DNA of 64,000 nucleotides from NCBI GenBank assembly GCA_947600025.1, contig CANQFY010000001.1:10130-74129 (forward strand), given 5' to 3'. Source of the stretch: an uncultured Oscillospiraceae bacterium. Lineage in GTDB: Bacteria > Bacillota > Clostridia > Oscillospirales > Oscillospiraceae. Below the pieces are notes generated by a model. That model did no database searches, was not told where the DNA came from, and worked only from the letters and a program-made list of their open reading frames with translations. Within the stretch, counting starts at the first letter, position 1, and every line of letters begins with the position of its first letter. A program made the translations under genes and the position numbers. This document shows positions 46,671 to 55,402 of the stretch, piece by piece.

Positions 46671-46705
46671 AAAGGGGGCGGTGGTTCCACCGCCCCCCTT
46701 TCTTA
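46671..46705. terminator. Bidirectional-looking terminator hairpin
   Basis: AAAA, then stem GGGGGCGGTGG / CCACCGCCCCC, then TTTCTT. A second 12-bp hairpin lies at 46600-46637. Confidence 0.65.
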
Positions 46706-46867
46706 AGACTAAAACTGAGGAGGAATCATATCGGGATTGGTGGGGGCCGGAGCTGGAACGGCAGCTCGCCGCGTTCTGGAAGCGCAATCGTAAAAAACCG
46801 TCTCTTTGCCCAAACCGCGCGAAGTCAAGGCCACGGGCTTCGCCTGTGGCCTTGACAGCCGGTAATC

Positions 46868-46896
46868 TTGACTTTTTTGGCGGAAACGTCTATACT
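46868..46896 (+). promoter_or_regulatory. Candidate promoter of the LytTR regulator operon
   Basis: TTGACT, 17 nt spacer, TATACT. Confidence 0.6.
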
Positions 46897-46948
46897 AAAA
46901 ATGATAGATTTGCGGCGGGAACGGCGCGGTAAGGAAGGGGGAGGTCTC

Positions 46949-47668
46949 ATGCTTCGCATCGCCATCGCGGAGGACGAGCCGGCGTTTGCCCGGAAGCTGG
47001 AGGAGCATTTGCGCAGGTTTGCCCAAGAAGAGCAAATCGAGATCCACATCGGCGCCTTCCCCAACGGGGCCACTTTGGTAGAGCGCTACACGGCGGAGTG
47101 GGACCTGCTGCTCCTGGATGTGGATATGCCCGCCATGAACGGCATCGACACCGCCCGGAGCATCCGCCGGCGGGATGCCGACGTGCTCATCATGTTTATT
47201 ACCAACCTGGCCCAATACGCCATCCAAGGCTATGAAGTGGACGCGCTGGACTATGTGCTCAAGCCGGTGAGCTATTACAGCTTGGCGATGAAGCTGAAAA
47301 AGGCGGCGCGCATCCTGCGGGGCAGGACCAGCAGCTCGATCATCCTCAGTCAGGACGGGGATATGGTCCGGCTGCCCCTGTCCCGCCTCTACTTTGTGGA
47401 GGTCTACGGCCACCAACTCCGCTACCACACCGCCGACGGAGAGCTGCTCCAGACCGGCGCCCGTTCCCTTGGAAAAGTGGAAAAAGAGCTGGAGCAGTAT
47501 GGATTTACCCGCTGCCACAACGGCTACCTGGTCAATCTCCGATTTGTGGAAGCGGTGACTGCCAATGACGTCCTGGTGGCAGGAGAGCGGCTGCCCATCA
47601 GCAGGCACCGGCGCAAAGAATTTCTCCAGGCTCTGCTTAACGAAACGAAAGGGGGAGGCCCCGCGTGA
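46949..47668 (+). CDS. LytTR-family response regulator
   Basis: The ATG at 46949 gives MLRIAIAEDE. Receiver domain (LLLLDVDMPAMNG) and a LytTR output domain. Confidence 0.88.
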   Translation: MLRIAIAEDEPAFARKLEEHLRRFAQEEQIEIHIGAFPNGATLVERYTAEWDLLLLDVDMPAMNGIDTARSIRRRDADVLIMFITNLAQYAIQGYEVDALDYVLKPVSYYSLAMKLKKAARILRGRTSSSIILSQDGDMVRLPLSRLYFVEVYGHQLRYHTADGELLQTGARSLGKVEKELEQYGFTRCHNGYLVNLRFVEAVTANDVLVAGERLPISRHRRKEFLQALLNETKGGGPA

Positions 47669-48396
47669 GTTTATATCTATATTATATGTTCCGCCCGGAC
47701 TTCATGCAGGCCATGATGGTAATGACGGCGGTGTTTCTCCTGCCCCTGCGCCGGCAGCTCCAGGAGCAGTATGAGTTCTCCAAAGAGAACATCGACATCA
47801 TCAATCAAAAGTGCCACGACCTCAAGCACCAGATCGCGGCCCTGCGCTTGGTGCGGGACCGCCGGGAGCAGGACGCGGGGTTGGAGGAGATCGAGCGGTC
47901 CGTTCTGATTTACGACGCGGTGAGCAAGACGGGCAACGAAGTGCTGGACACGGTACTTACGGAGAAGAGCCTGCTCTGCGAACGGGCGCACATCTCCTGG
48001 ACCTGCATGGCCCAGGGGAAGCTGCTGGATTTCATGTCGCCGGTGGACATCTACACCCTGTTCGGCAACGCCTTGGACAACGCCGTGGAGGGGAGCTGTA
48101 CGGTCCGGGACATGGCGCGGCGCAGCGTGGCGGTGACGGTGCTGAACCGGCATGGGGCGGCTTTCATTCAAATTGAAAACTACTTTGACGGAGCCCTCAC
48201 CATGGAAAACGGGCTGCCCCATACCACGAAAGCGGACGAGCGCAGCCATGGCTTTGGGATCAAAAGCATCCAAAGCATCACCGAGCGCTACGGCGGGACC
48301 ATGAACATCTCCACAGAGGACGGTATTTTTCTGCTCAGCGTTTTGATTCCCATCCCTGTGCGCTCGGAGGCAGACTGCGGAACACATCTTGTTTAA
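47665..48396 (+). CDS. GHKL/AgrC-type histidine kinase core lacking the usual multi-transmembrane sensor
   Basis: H-box KCHDLKHQI, N-box FGNALDNAVE, G-box HGFGIKSI. Only about 30 hydrophobic residues lie N-terminal of the H-box. GTG start overlaps the regulator stop. Confidence 0.7.
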   Translation: MSLYLYYMFRPDFMQAMMVMTAVFLLPLRRQLQEQYEFSKENIDIINQKCHDLKHQIAALRLVRDRREQDAGLEEIERSVLIYDAVSKTGNEVLDTVLTEKSLLCERAHISWTCMAQGKLLDFMSPVDIYTLFGNALDNAVEGSCTVRDMARRSVAVTVLNRHGAAFIQIENYFDGALTMENGLPHTTKADERSHGFGIKSIQSITERYGGTMNISTEDGIFLLSVLIPIPVRSEADCGTHLV

Positions 48397-48454
48397 GGGC
48401 AAGCCTTGCCCTGCGCAACCGACTTTCTGCCGGGAATTTTATAGCCACACCCAC

Positions 48455-48507
48455 AAAAAAGCGGGCGCGGGGACTCTCAAAGGAGCCGCCGCGCCCGTTC
48501 ATTTTTT
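48455..48507. terminator. Bidirectional terminator between convergent genes
   Basis: An A-run, then the CGGGCGCGG...CCGCGCCCG stem, then a T-run. Confidence 0.6.
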
Positions 48508-48532
48508 GCCCCGCAAATTCCAAGGAACAGTT

Positions 48533-49285
48533 TTACAACCTTTTTTCAATCTCTTTCCACGCGTGGGTGGTGAGGCAGCTCTTATCCAGGTCCTTCGTCA
48601 GCCCCTCCCACAGGGCATAGGGCATCGTCAGAGACAGACAATCCGCCAGCGCCTCCCGCCGCTGGGAGATATCGAACAGACCCATCACCGCCATCGGCCG
48701 CTCTTTTTCGATCTGATCCACCGCGTATACAATCGACTGGCAGGCCGCCCCAAAGGGGGCAATGGTATTGAGCGCCTCGCCGTTGTGGGAACCCAGCATG
48801 GTGACCAGCGCGGAGAGCTGATCCGGCCGCGCGAGAATGAAAACCACATCGGGCCTTCCCACTTCGTCCCATCGGCTGATCGGTGCAAATACGACGCGGG
48901 GATATCCTTTCTCCGAATATGGCATGGCATTGCGCCACTTCAAAGCCAGCTCTTCCGAGCAGAAAAACCGCTCCCCATATTTCATTGGCTCCCGCGCCTG
49001 CGGCGGCGCGTGATCCCCAAACCCCTGGGAGAGCAGCTTGTGGATGTTCGGATTCCTCCTGGTAAATCCGTCCCCAAAGCAGCACCCGGTGGCGCCGCCC
49101 GGACAGTTGCAGCTTTCCTCATTCATGGAAATGACCTTTCCCTTGGAAGCGGCCATCAGAAGCGGGATCACACAATTTCTCCTTTCCGGGGACGCGTCCA
49201 GGTCGCAGACCGCGCTGGTATTCCCCAGAAAAACACCCACGATCTCCCATTGGAGATGGAGTAAATTCAACAATTCATTTTCCAT
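48533..49285 (-). CDS. DUF169 domain protein
   Basis: I prefer the ATG at 49283-49285 (GAGGAG upstream). The sequence pattern (ESCNCPGGATGCCFG...) is recalled as DUF169-like. Confidence 0.6.
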   Translation of the reverse strand: MENELLNLLHLQWEIVGVFLGNTSAVCDLDASPERRNCVIPLLMAASKGKVISMNEESCNCPGGATGCCFGDGFTRRNPNIHKLLSQGFGDHAPPQAREPMKYGERFFCSEELALKWRNAMPYSEKGYPRVVFAPISRWDEVGRPDVVFILARPDQLSALVTMLGSHNGEALNTIAPFGAACQSIVYAVDQIEKERPMAVMGLFDISQRREALADCLSLTMPYALWEGLTKDLDKSCLTTHAWKEIEKRL

Positions 49286-49669
49286 CGCAATATTCTCCTC
49301 GTCATGTATCGATCCGGTCGTGCCTCTGAAATTTTTCATTTGCCCAGCGAACAGATCCATTTTTCCTTTATCATACAATATAATTATGAATAAATCTACC
49401 CCAATTCGTCCGAAACACATCATACACCGCAAAGGCGCTCTATTGGTTTTCCGCTTTGAATATATTCTGTATAACGGTCGCCTGAGAGATGTACCGGAGA
49501 AAGGCATTTTTATTGGCTTACAAGGCTATGCGCGCGGGCGCCTGAACGTGAAGCTTTTGCCAGATCACACCAATCGTTTTCCCGATCCCTTTGATACATC
49601 CGGCCAACAGGATCTGCCTGGCCGTAAAAAGCGCGAATCGCAAGGACCCGATCCCGGCGGCTCCCGGAT

Positions 49670-50350
49670 TCATTGGATCTTGTCGTCCTTGACAATCCGC
49701 CCATCCTCCAGAGTAATAATGCGGTCCGCCTGCAGCGCGATGGCCGGGTCATGGGTGATGACGATGAGGGTCTGCCCGAAGCGCCGATTGGAATCCTTCA
49801 GCAGCTCCACAATCTGGCGGCTGTTTTTGCTGTCCAGGTTGCCGGTGGGCTCGTCCGCCAGAACGATGGCGGGATCGTTCATCAGCGCCCGGCCAATCGA
49901 CACCCGCTGCTGCTGGCCGCCGGAGAGCTGGCTGGGCAGATGGTCGTCCCGGCCCCGGAGGTCCAGCAGGTCCATCAGGTCCTCCAGCCGCCGCCGGTTC
50001 ACCTTCCGCCCGTCCAGCAGCACCGGCAGGGTGATGTTCTCCCGGATGTTCAGCACCGGGATCAAATTGTAGAACTGGTAAATGAGTCCCACCTGCCGCC
50101 GGCGGAAGATGGCCAGTTGATCCTCGTTCTGGGCGAACACGTCCTGACCGTTCAGGTACACCTTTCCCTCCGTGGGCCGGTCCACAGCGCCCAGAATGTG
50201 GAGCAGCGTGGATTTCCCCGAGCCGGAGGGGCCCACAATGGCGAGGAACTCCCCCTTTTCGACGGAAAACGACACCCGGTCCAGAGCCGTCACCACATTT
50301 TCCCCCTGGCCATAGCGCTTGGTCAGGTTTTCAGTCCGTAAAATATCCAT
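49670..50350 (-). CDS. ABC transporter ATP-binding protein (MacB/BceA-like)
   Basis: Walker A GPSGSGKST, signature LSGGQQQR, Walker B IVLADEPTGNLD. ATG at 50348-50350 after GGGAGGG. Confidence 0.92.
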   Translation of the reverse strand: MDILRTENLTKRYGQGENVVTALDRVSFSVEKGEFLAIVGPSGSGKSTLLHILGAVDRPTEGKVYLNGQDVFAQNEDQLAIFRRRQVGLIYQFYNLIPVLNIRENITLPVLLDGRKVNRRRLEDLMDLLDLRGRDDHLPSQLSGGQQQRVSIGRALMNDPAIVLADEPTGNLDSKNSRQIVELLKDSNRRFGQTLIVITHDPAIALQADRIITLEDGRIVKDDKIQ

Positions 50351-50366
50351 TGTGTACCCTCCCAAT

Positions 50367-53198
50367 TTATATTCCGTCGCTACGAATGGCTTCCATGGGG
50401 GCCTCCCGCCGCAGCCGGGCCACAGAATAGACCGTGGTGGTCAGCACCAGCGCCAAGACCCCAAAGCACCCGATCCCCAGCGCCCCCCAGGGCATGGAAA
50501 AGTCGATATGATCCACCGCGCCGCTCCACAGATAGAACCCATAGCACAGCGCCAGGCTCACCGGCACGCTCCACAGCAGCGCCCGGACGCCATAGATCAC
50601 GCTCTCGCTGAGCATCATCCGGTACATCTGCCCGGCGTCCATCCCCACGCTCCGCAGCATCCCCAGATCCCGCCGCCGCAGCAGCAGGGAGGTGGAGACG
50701 GTGTTGAGCACGTTGGCCGCCGCCAGCAGGGCGATCAGCGCCGCGAAGCCGTAGGACAGTCCCCGCACCAGCGCCAGGGTCCCCCGCAGGGACGCCTCGC
50801 TTCCCAAATAATCCGTATAATCCGGCAAAAAGGCCCGGGAACCGGTTCCGCTCGTCCCCAAACCCACCTGCAGGAGAGCCAGGTGCTGCTCCTCCCCCAG
50901 GTAGCTCCGCATGGAGGCGTACTGCCGCACCCGAATGGCCAGATGGAGCTCCACATCCTCCCCCTCCAGAGCGGAGAGGGGGTAGATCAGGGTCAGGCTG
51001 TTCTTGGTCCGCGCCCCCAGGAGGGCGGTTTCCAGCTCCGGCCCCAGGGTCAGTGTCAGGGCCTTTCCAATGTCCATCTCCAGGTCCGGCTGGGCGGCGC
51101 TCTTCCCGGTGGCCGGGTCATAGGCGTACAGCCGCAGTTGATCCCCCGCCACCTCCGGAAGATAGGTGTGGTCCAACTCGCCGGTTCCGGCGCCCCCAAA
51201 CTCCAGGAAGGTTACATAACTCGCTCCGCCGGGCCCAATGTGCTCCTCCCCGTCCCAAAGGAGGCTCTTCCCCGGCATGAGCTCCTCCGCCGCCCGCTGC
51301 ATGATGTCGAACCTGCTCCCTTCCCGGCCCGTTACGGCCCCGGGGGCGTCGGCAAAGGGGCTGCCCTCTACCGTGCGGGTCCGGGTCCTGCCATCCACGG
51401 TATCGGGATAGGTGTACCGCTGCCGAAGGATCAGGGCCTTGGTTGGGTCCAGGGACAGGCCCTGCCGGGCCAGGGCGGCTTCCAGCGCCCCGTCCTGGAC
51501 ATAGACCACCTCCGCCTCCACCAGGATCTCCCCCGTCTCCGGCAGCGACTCCGGCCGCGTCTGGGCGAGAAACCGCCGGTAGGGCTCGCTGAGGCGCTCC
51601 ACCGGGACCATCATTGATACGGTCCGGGACACGAACCGGCAGGATTCCTCCACCTCCGGCCGGGCCTCCACCCTGGAAAAATAGTCCTCCAATTCCCGGG
51701 GCATTCCCTCGCTGCCCGCAAGGGCGAAGCATTCAAAATCGGCGGTATGCAGGTCCCAGGAAGCCTCGGCGGCCGAGGTCACCATGTCGCAGCCGGTCCA
51801 CACGCACAGCAGCAGGCTCACGCTGACCGCCAGGGACGCCACCGTGGACCGGTAGCGCCGCCGGTGGACGGCGTAGTATTTTCTCGCCAGCACCCCCGGC
51901 AGACCCCAGAGCCGGTAGGTCCAGGGCCGGATGCCCTGCCGCTTGGGCAGCTTCCGGGCCTCCTCCGAATGGCGGATGGCCTCGATGGGGGCCATTTTTC
52001 CGGCCAGGCGGGCGGGCTTCCAGGCGGAGAGCAGCACCGCCGCCCCGCTGATCCCCGCCGCCAGGAGCAGTGCCGGCGGGGAAATCACCACCCGCACCGG
52101 GGTGGTCCCGCCCAGGCTGAACTGCTCTTCCAGCCAGGAGCCGTAGAGCGCCTTGCAAAGCAGGCTCAGCCCCAGCCCCGCCGCCAGGCCGCCAATCAGG
52201 CCCAGGGCGTAGAGGATGGCCGCCTCCGTGAAGACCGAGGCCCGGATCTGCTTTCTCGTGGCCCCCACGCTGGCCAGCAGCCCAAACTCCCGGGCCCGCT
52301 GGGACACGGAGATGGAAAAGGCGTTGGAGATCACCCACACGGCGGAGATCAGCACCACCCCGATCAGCGCCCCATAGATCGCCCCCAGGGACAGGGGGAA
52401 CGCCCCGTCGCTTCCCGCGCCGCAGACGCTCAGCAGGGCGTCGTTGAGGAGGGTCTCTCCATATCCCCCGTTTCGCAGATCGTAGACCGCCCTGGGATCG
52501 GCGGTTTTCCCGTAGATCCGATACCAGACCGGCTGATCCCCCGCCCCGATCCGGGTCAGGCAGGCGGTCTGGATCTGCTGTTTTTCTCCGTCGTAGATCA
52601 GGTTTTCCTGGGAAAAGAGGATCCCGTAGTCCAGGACCCCCACCAGGGTATATTCCCTGGTGAAGGCAACCTCCTCCGGGTCCGGCACCAGCTCCTCGTA
52701 GAAGTGGAGAGGCAGCCGGTCGTAGAGGGTCAGCTCTACGGTGTCCCCCAGGTCATAGCCCTGCTGGCACAGATACCGGTAGGCCGCCATGCTCACGGTC
52801 AGCTCCCGGTCGTTCTCCGGCAGCCTGCCCATGGAGGTACTCACGGACTGGGCGGAGAAGTATTCCTTGTCCACCGCCGCGATGGGGTCCACCGCGTAGC
52901 CCGTGTCTCCCTCAATAGGAAAGCGGAGATACCCCAGATTTCGGCACTCCGCGGCCTCCCGCAGGCCCTCCTCCGTCAAAAGCCGGTCCCGCTGCTCCTG
53001 GGTGAGGCGCGGGAAGCAGATGTAGTAGTCCCCCCAGCTCTCGGCGGTGGCTCGGTAGACATAATCCCATACGCTGACGCCCACGATGGTCACGGCGGTG
53101 AACAGGGCCACGGACAGGAGGATGCCCACCAGCGTGGCCAGGCTCCTGGCTCGGTTCCGGCGCATGGTGCGCCAGGTAAGACTTCGCAACAGCTTCAT
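50367..53198 (-). CDS. Large FtsX-family ABC permease (~940 aa)
   Basis: The ATG at 53196-53198 gives MKLLRSLTWRTMRRN. Two FtsX-type transmembrane bundles are separated by large extracytoplasmic regions. Confidence 0.85.
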   Translation of the reverse strand: MKLLRSLTWRTMRRNRARSLATLVGILLSVALFTAVTIVGVSVWDYVYRATAESWGDYYICFPRLTQEQRDRLLTEEGLREAAECRNLGYLRFPIEGDTGYAVDPIAAVDKEYFSAQSVSTSMGRLPENDRELTVSMAAYRYLCQQGYDLGDTVELTLYDRLPLHFYEELVPDPEEVAFTREYTLVGVLDYGILFSQENLIYDGEKQQIQTACLTRIGAGDQPVWYRIYGKTADPRAVYDLRNGGYGETLLNDALLSVCGAGSDGAFPLSLGAIYGALIGVVLISAVWVISNAFSISVSQRAREFGLLASVGATRKQIRASVFTEAAILYALGLIGGLAAGLGLSLLCKALYGSWLEEQFSLGGTTPVRVVISPPALLLAAGISGAAVLLSAWKPARLAGKMAPIEAIRHSEEARKLPKRQGIRPWTYRLWGLPGVLARKYYAVHRRRYRSTVASLAVSVSLLLCVWTGCDMVTSAAEASWDLHTADFECFALAGSEGMPRELEDYFSRVEARPEVEESCRFVSRTVSMMVPVERLSEPYRRFLAQTRPESLPETGEILVEAEVVYVQDGALEAALARQGLSLDPTKALILRQRYTYPDTVDGRTRTRTVEGSPFADAPGAVTGREGSRFDIMQRAAEELMPGKSLLWDGEEHIGPGGASYVTFLEFGGAGTGELDHTYLPEVAGDQLRLYAYDPATGKSAAQPDLEMDIGKALTLTLGPELETALLGARTKNSLTLIYPLSALEGEDVELHLAIRVRQYASMRSYLGEEQHLALLQVGLGTSGTGSRAFLPDYTDYLGSEASLRGTLALVRGLSYGFAALIALLAAANVLNTVSTSLLLRRRDLGMLRSVGMDAGQMYRMMLSESVIYGVRALLWSVPVSLALCYGFYLWSGAVDHIDFSMPWGALGIGCFGVLALVLTTTVYSVARLRREAPMEAIRSDGI

Positions 53199-53263
53199 TT
53201 GGATCCCTCCCGGTCTGTTTGATCTCATGATACCCCATAATTCTTACGGCTCCGTGACTACCC

Positions 53264-53293
53264 GGTGACGATTGTGTCATTTTTCCGTCATTT
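53264..53293 (-). promoter_or_regulatory. Repeated TGAC(G/A) half-sites upstream of the ABC genes; candidate response-regulator operator
   Basis: The minus strand reads AAATGACGGAAAAATGACACAATCGTCACC, about 20 nt upstream of a TAAGAAT -10-like element. Confidence 0.35.
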
Positions 53294-53328
53294 CAAAAAG
53301 GGGCCCCTGCCGGAGCCCCCAAACGAAC

Positions 53329-54321
53329 CTAGACCGTCTGTTTATAAAAGGTGGCGATGAACCTGGCGCCCTGGGGCCCGTTTTCCGCCTCCAGGGTGCC
53401 GTCCTGGGCCGCCACGATCCGCTGGGCCAGGGACAGTCCGATGCCGTAGCCCGGGGCGTCCTTTCCCTTGTAAAACCGCTGGAACAGATGGGGCAGGTCC
53501 TCCTTGGCAAAGCCCGGCCCGGTGTCCTCCACGGTCAGGCGGGTGTAAAGGGCCGTCTCCTGGGCGGTGACGGTGATGGTCCCGCCGGTGGGGGTGTGCT
53601 CCATGCAGTTTTTCAGCAGATTTCCCAGGGCCTCCGCCGTCCACACCGGGTCCGCCCGGAGGGCGGCCTGGCCGCAGCGCAGCGCCAGGGTCTGCTGCCG
53701 CAGCTCCATGGGAATGGCCAGCGGCGCCGCCGCCCGCTCCGCCAGGGCCTGGGCGGAAAGGCGCTGGGGGGACAGGCTCACCGTCCCGGCGTCCAGCCGG
53801 GACAGCTTTAGCAGCGTCTCCACCAGCCATTCGGTGCCAGAGAGCAGGCTCTGCAGCTCCCGGCAGCATTTTGCCCGCTCCTCCTCCCCCAGGGCCGGGT
53901 CGGACAGCCGGGATGCGGTGAGGGCCATGGCGGTGAGGGGGGTGCGGAGCTGATGGGAGATGTCCGCCAGGGAATTGGCCAGCATTTCCCGGTCCTCCTG
54001 GCTTTTCTGGGCCGCCTCCTGGAGGCGGATGGTCATTTTTTGAATTTGGTCCGTGAGAATGGCGATCTGCCCCTCCTGGTAGGCGGGGATGGACAGGGGT
54101 TCGCCGTAGAGCAGCAGCTTTTCCAGATTTTCGCTCAGCTTCTCCAACCGCTGCTGCCGCTTCCCAGCGAAGAAGACCCGGACCCCCAGCCCCGCCAGGC
54201 AGAAGCCCAGCGCCGCCAGCCCCCAGCCGGGACCGGCCATGACAAAGGCGGCAGCGGTAAAGATCCCGCTGAGGGCCAGCAGGATCGCCAGCTCCCGTCC
54301 GATTTCCGGCTCCTTGGTCAT
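53329..54321 (-). CDS. Intramembrane-sensing histidine kinase (BceS-like)
   Basis: Two adjacent transmembrane helices with almost no external loop. H-box ISHQLRTPL and an HATPase_c domain. Confidence 0.88.
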   Translation of the reverse strand: MTKEPEIGRELAILLALSGIFTAAAFVMAGPGWGLAALGFCLAGLGVRVFFAGKRQQRLEKLSENLEKLLLYGEPLSIPAYQEGQIAILTDQIQKMTIRLQEAAQKSQEDREMLANSLADISHQLRTPLTAMALTASRLSDPALGEEERAKCCRELQSLLSGTEWLVETLLKLSRLDAGTVSLSPQRLSAQALAERAAAPLAIPMELRQQTLALRCGQAALRADPVWTAEALGNLLKNCMEHTPTGGTITVTAQETALYTRLTVEDTGPGFAKEDLPHLFQRFYKGKDAPGYGIGLSLAQRIVAAQDGTLEAENGPQGARFIATFYKQTV

Positions 54322-54324
54322 CGT

Positions 54325-54990
54325 CTAACCCTCCAGTCGGTAACCCAGGCCCCGGACGGTCTTGATGAGCCTGGGGTCCTGGGGATCGGCCTCGATCTTG
54401 TCCCGGAGGCGCTTGATATAGACCGTCAGGGTGTTGTCTTCCACAAATTCCCCGGCGCTGTCCCAAATCTCCTCCAAAAGCCGGGCCCGGGACAGGACCC
54501 GGCCCCGGTTGTTGAGGAACACCAGCAGCAGCCGGTACTCCAGGGCGGAGAGGTAGAGCTCCTGCCCTGCCCGGGTGACGGCGGCCCGCTCCGTGTCCAC
54601 CGTCAAATCCCCCAGGCGGATCACCTGGCGGCTGCCCCGGCGGCGGAGGGCGGCGCGGATTCGGGCCACCAGCTCCCGGGGGCGGAAGGGCTTGGCCACA
54701 TAGTCCTCGGCCCCCATATCCAGGCCGGTGGAAACGCTGTACTCGTCCCCGGAGGCGGTGAGAAAGATCACCCCCAGGTCCCGCTTTTTCGCCTCCCGGA
54801 AGACGCCGAAGCCGTCCCCCTGCTCCAGGCACAGGTCCACCAGGGCCAGCTCCGGCTTTTCCGCGTCCATCGCCCGGACCGCCGCCTCCTCACCGCTCGC
54901 CAGCGTCACCGCAAAGCCCTCCCCCTCCAGAAAGGCCGACAGTGTCCGCAGGATGGTGGGATCGTCCTCAACCAACAAAATTCGAGTCAA
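54325..54990 (-). CDS. OmpR-family response regulator (BceR-like)
   Basis: Receiver domain plus winged helix (TVRGLGYRLE). Apparent TTG start after GGGGG. Confidence 0.9.
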   Translation of the reverse strand: MTRILLVEDDPTILRTLSAFLEGEGFAVTLASGEEAAVRAMDAEKPELALVDLCLEQGDGFGVFREAKKRDLGVIFLTASGDEYSVSTGLDMGAEDYVAKPFRPRELVARIRAALRRRGSRQVIRLGDLTVDTERAAVTRAGQELYLSALEYRLLLVFLNNRGRVLSRARLLEEIWDSAGEFVEDNTLTVYIKRLRDKIEADPQDPRLIKTVRGLGYRLEG

Positions 54991-55070
54991 AAATAACGCC
55001 CCCTTTGGGGCCTATGATAGCACCTTTTTGGAAAAAAATCCATAAAAAAACCGTCACATTCCCTCGAAGG

Positions 55071-55099
55071 TTTCATTCCCCGCCGGGGCGTGCTATAAT
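55071..55099 (+). promoter_or_regulatory. Extended -10 promoter candidate reading toward the tRNA-Leu fragment
   Basis: TTTCAT, 17 nt spacer containing TGc, then TATAAT. Confidence 0.5.
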
Positions 55100-55247
55100 G
55101 GATTTTAGCGGTAATGTATCAGGAGCCGGAGACTTCCCCGTGGGGCAAGGTACAGACCTGTGACCGGCTCTGCCCAGGACGGATGATTTCTTCTGGATGC
55201 CGATCCTGCTTGTCCTTCAATGAAGCCTTCACCAAGGTGACGTCGCC

Positions 55248-55299
55248 CTTAGGTTCCACTGCCAATGGCGTGCAGGTTCGAGTCCAGTTGCCCGCACCA
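55248..55299 (+). pseudogene. 3' half of a tRNA-Leu (anticodon loop to CCA); no 5' half present
   Basis: CTTAGG..CCACTG..CGTGCAGGTTCGAGTCCAGTTGCCCGCACCA aligns with positions 32-84 of the tRNA at 36792. The T-stem has an A-A mismatch. No GCGGGCA acceptor strand lies upstream. Confidence 0.75.
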
Positions 55300-55300
55300 C

Positions 55301-55336
55301 GTCGGAGCAAAGTCCGCTTTGCTCCGACGTTTTTTG
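55301..55336 (+). terminator. Strong intrinsic terminator after the tRNA fragment
   Basis: 12-bp stem (GTCGGAGCAAAG / CTTTGCTCCGAC) followed by GTTTTTT. Confidence 0.85.
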
Positions 55337-55402
55337 TATACAAAAGGAGGGGCCCGTAAGGGTCCCTCCTTTGATTAAATATGGAGATCGCGAAGAAGCG
55401 GC

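Noticed and set aside
46700-46860. AgrD-like autoinducer peptide ORF upstream of the LytTR operon, suggested by an AGGAGG at about 46716.
   Set aside because: No ATG, GTG or TTG start lies at a suitable distance from the Shine-Dalgarno-like sequence. No agrB-like gene is present. The region is better explained by terminator hairpins plus the 46868 promoter.
53342-54832. 496-aa minus-strand ORF overlapping the kinase and regulator in another frame.
   Set aside because: An alternative frame of two well-supported genes. It is Pro/Gly/Arg/Ala-rich with no recognisable domain.
55100-55299. A complete, unusually long tRNA or tRNA with an intron at 55.1-55.3 kb.
   Set aside because: No GCGGGCA acceptor 5' strand or D-arm exists upstream. 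Only a 6-bp GGGCAA/TTGCCC pairing 140 nt away is possible. The T-stem is also mismatched.
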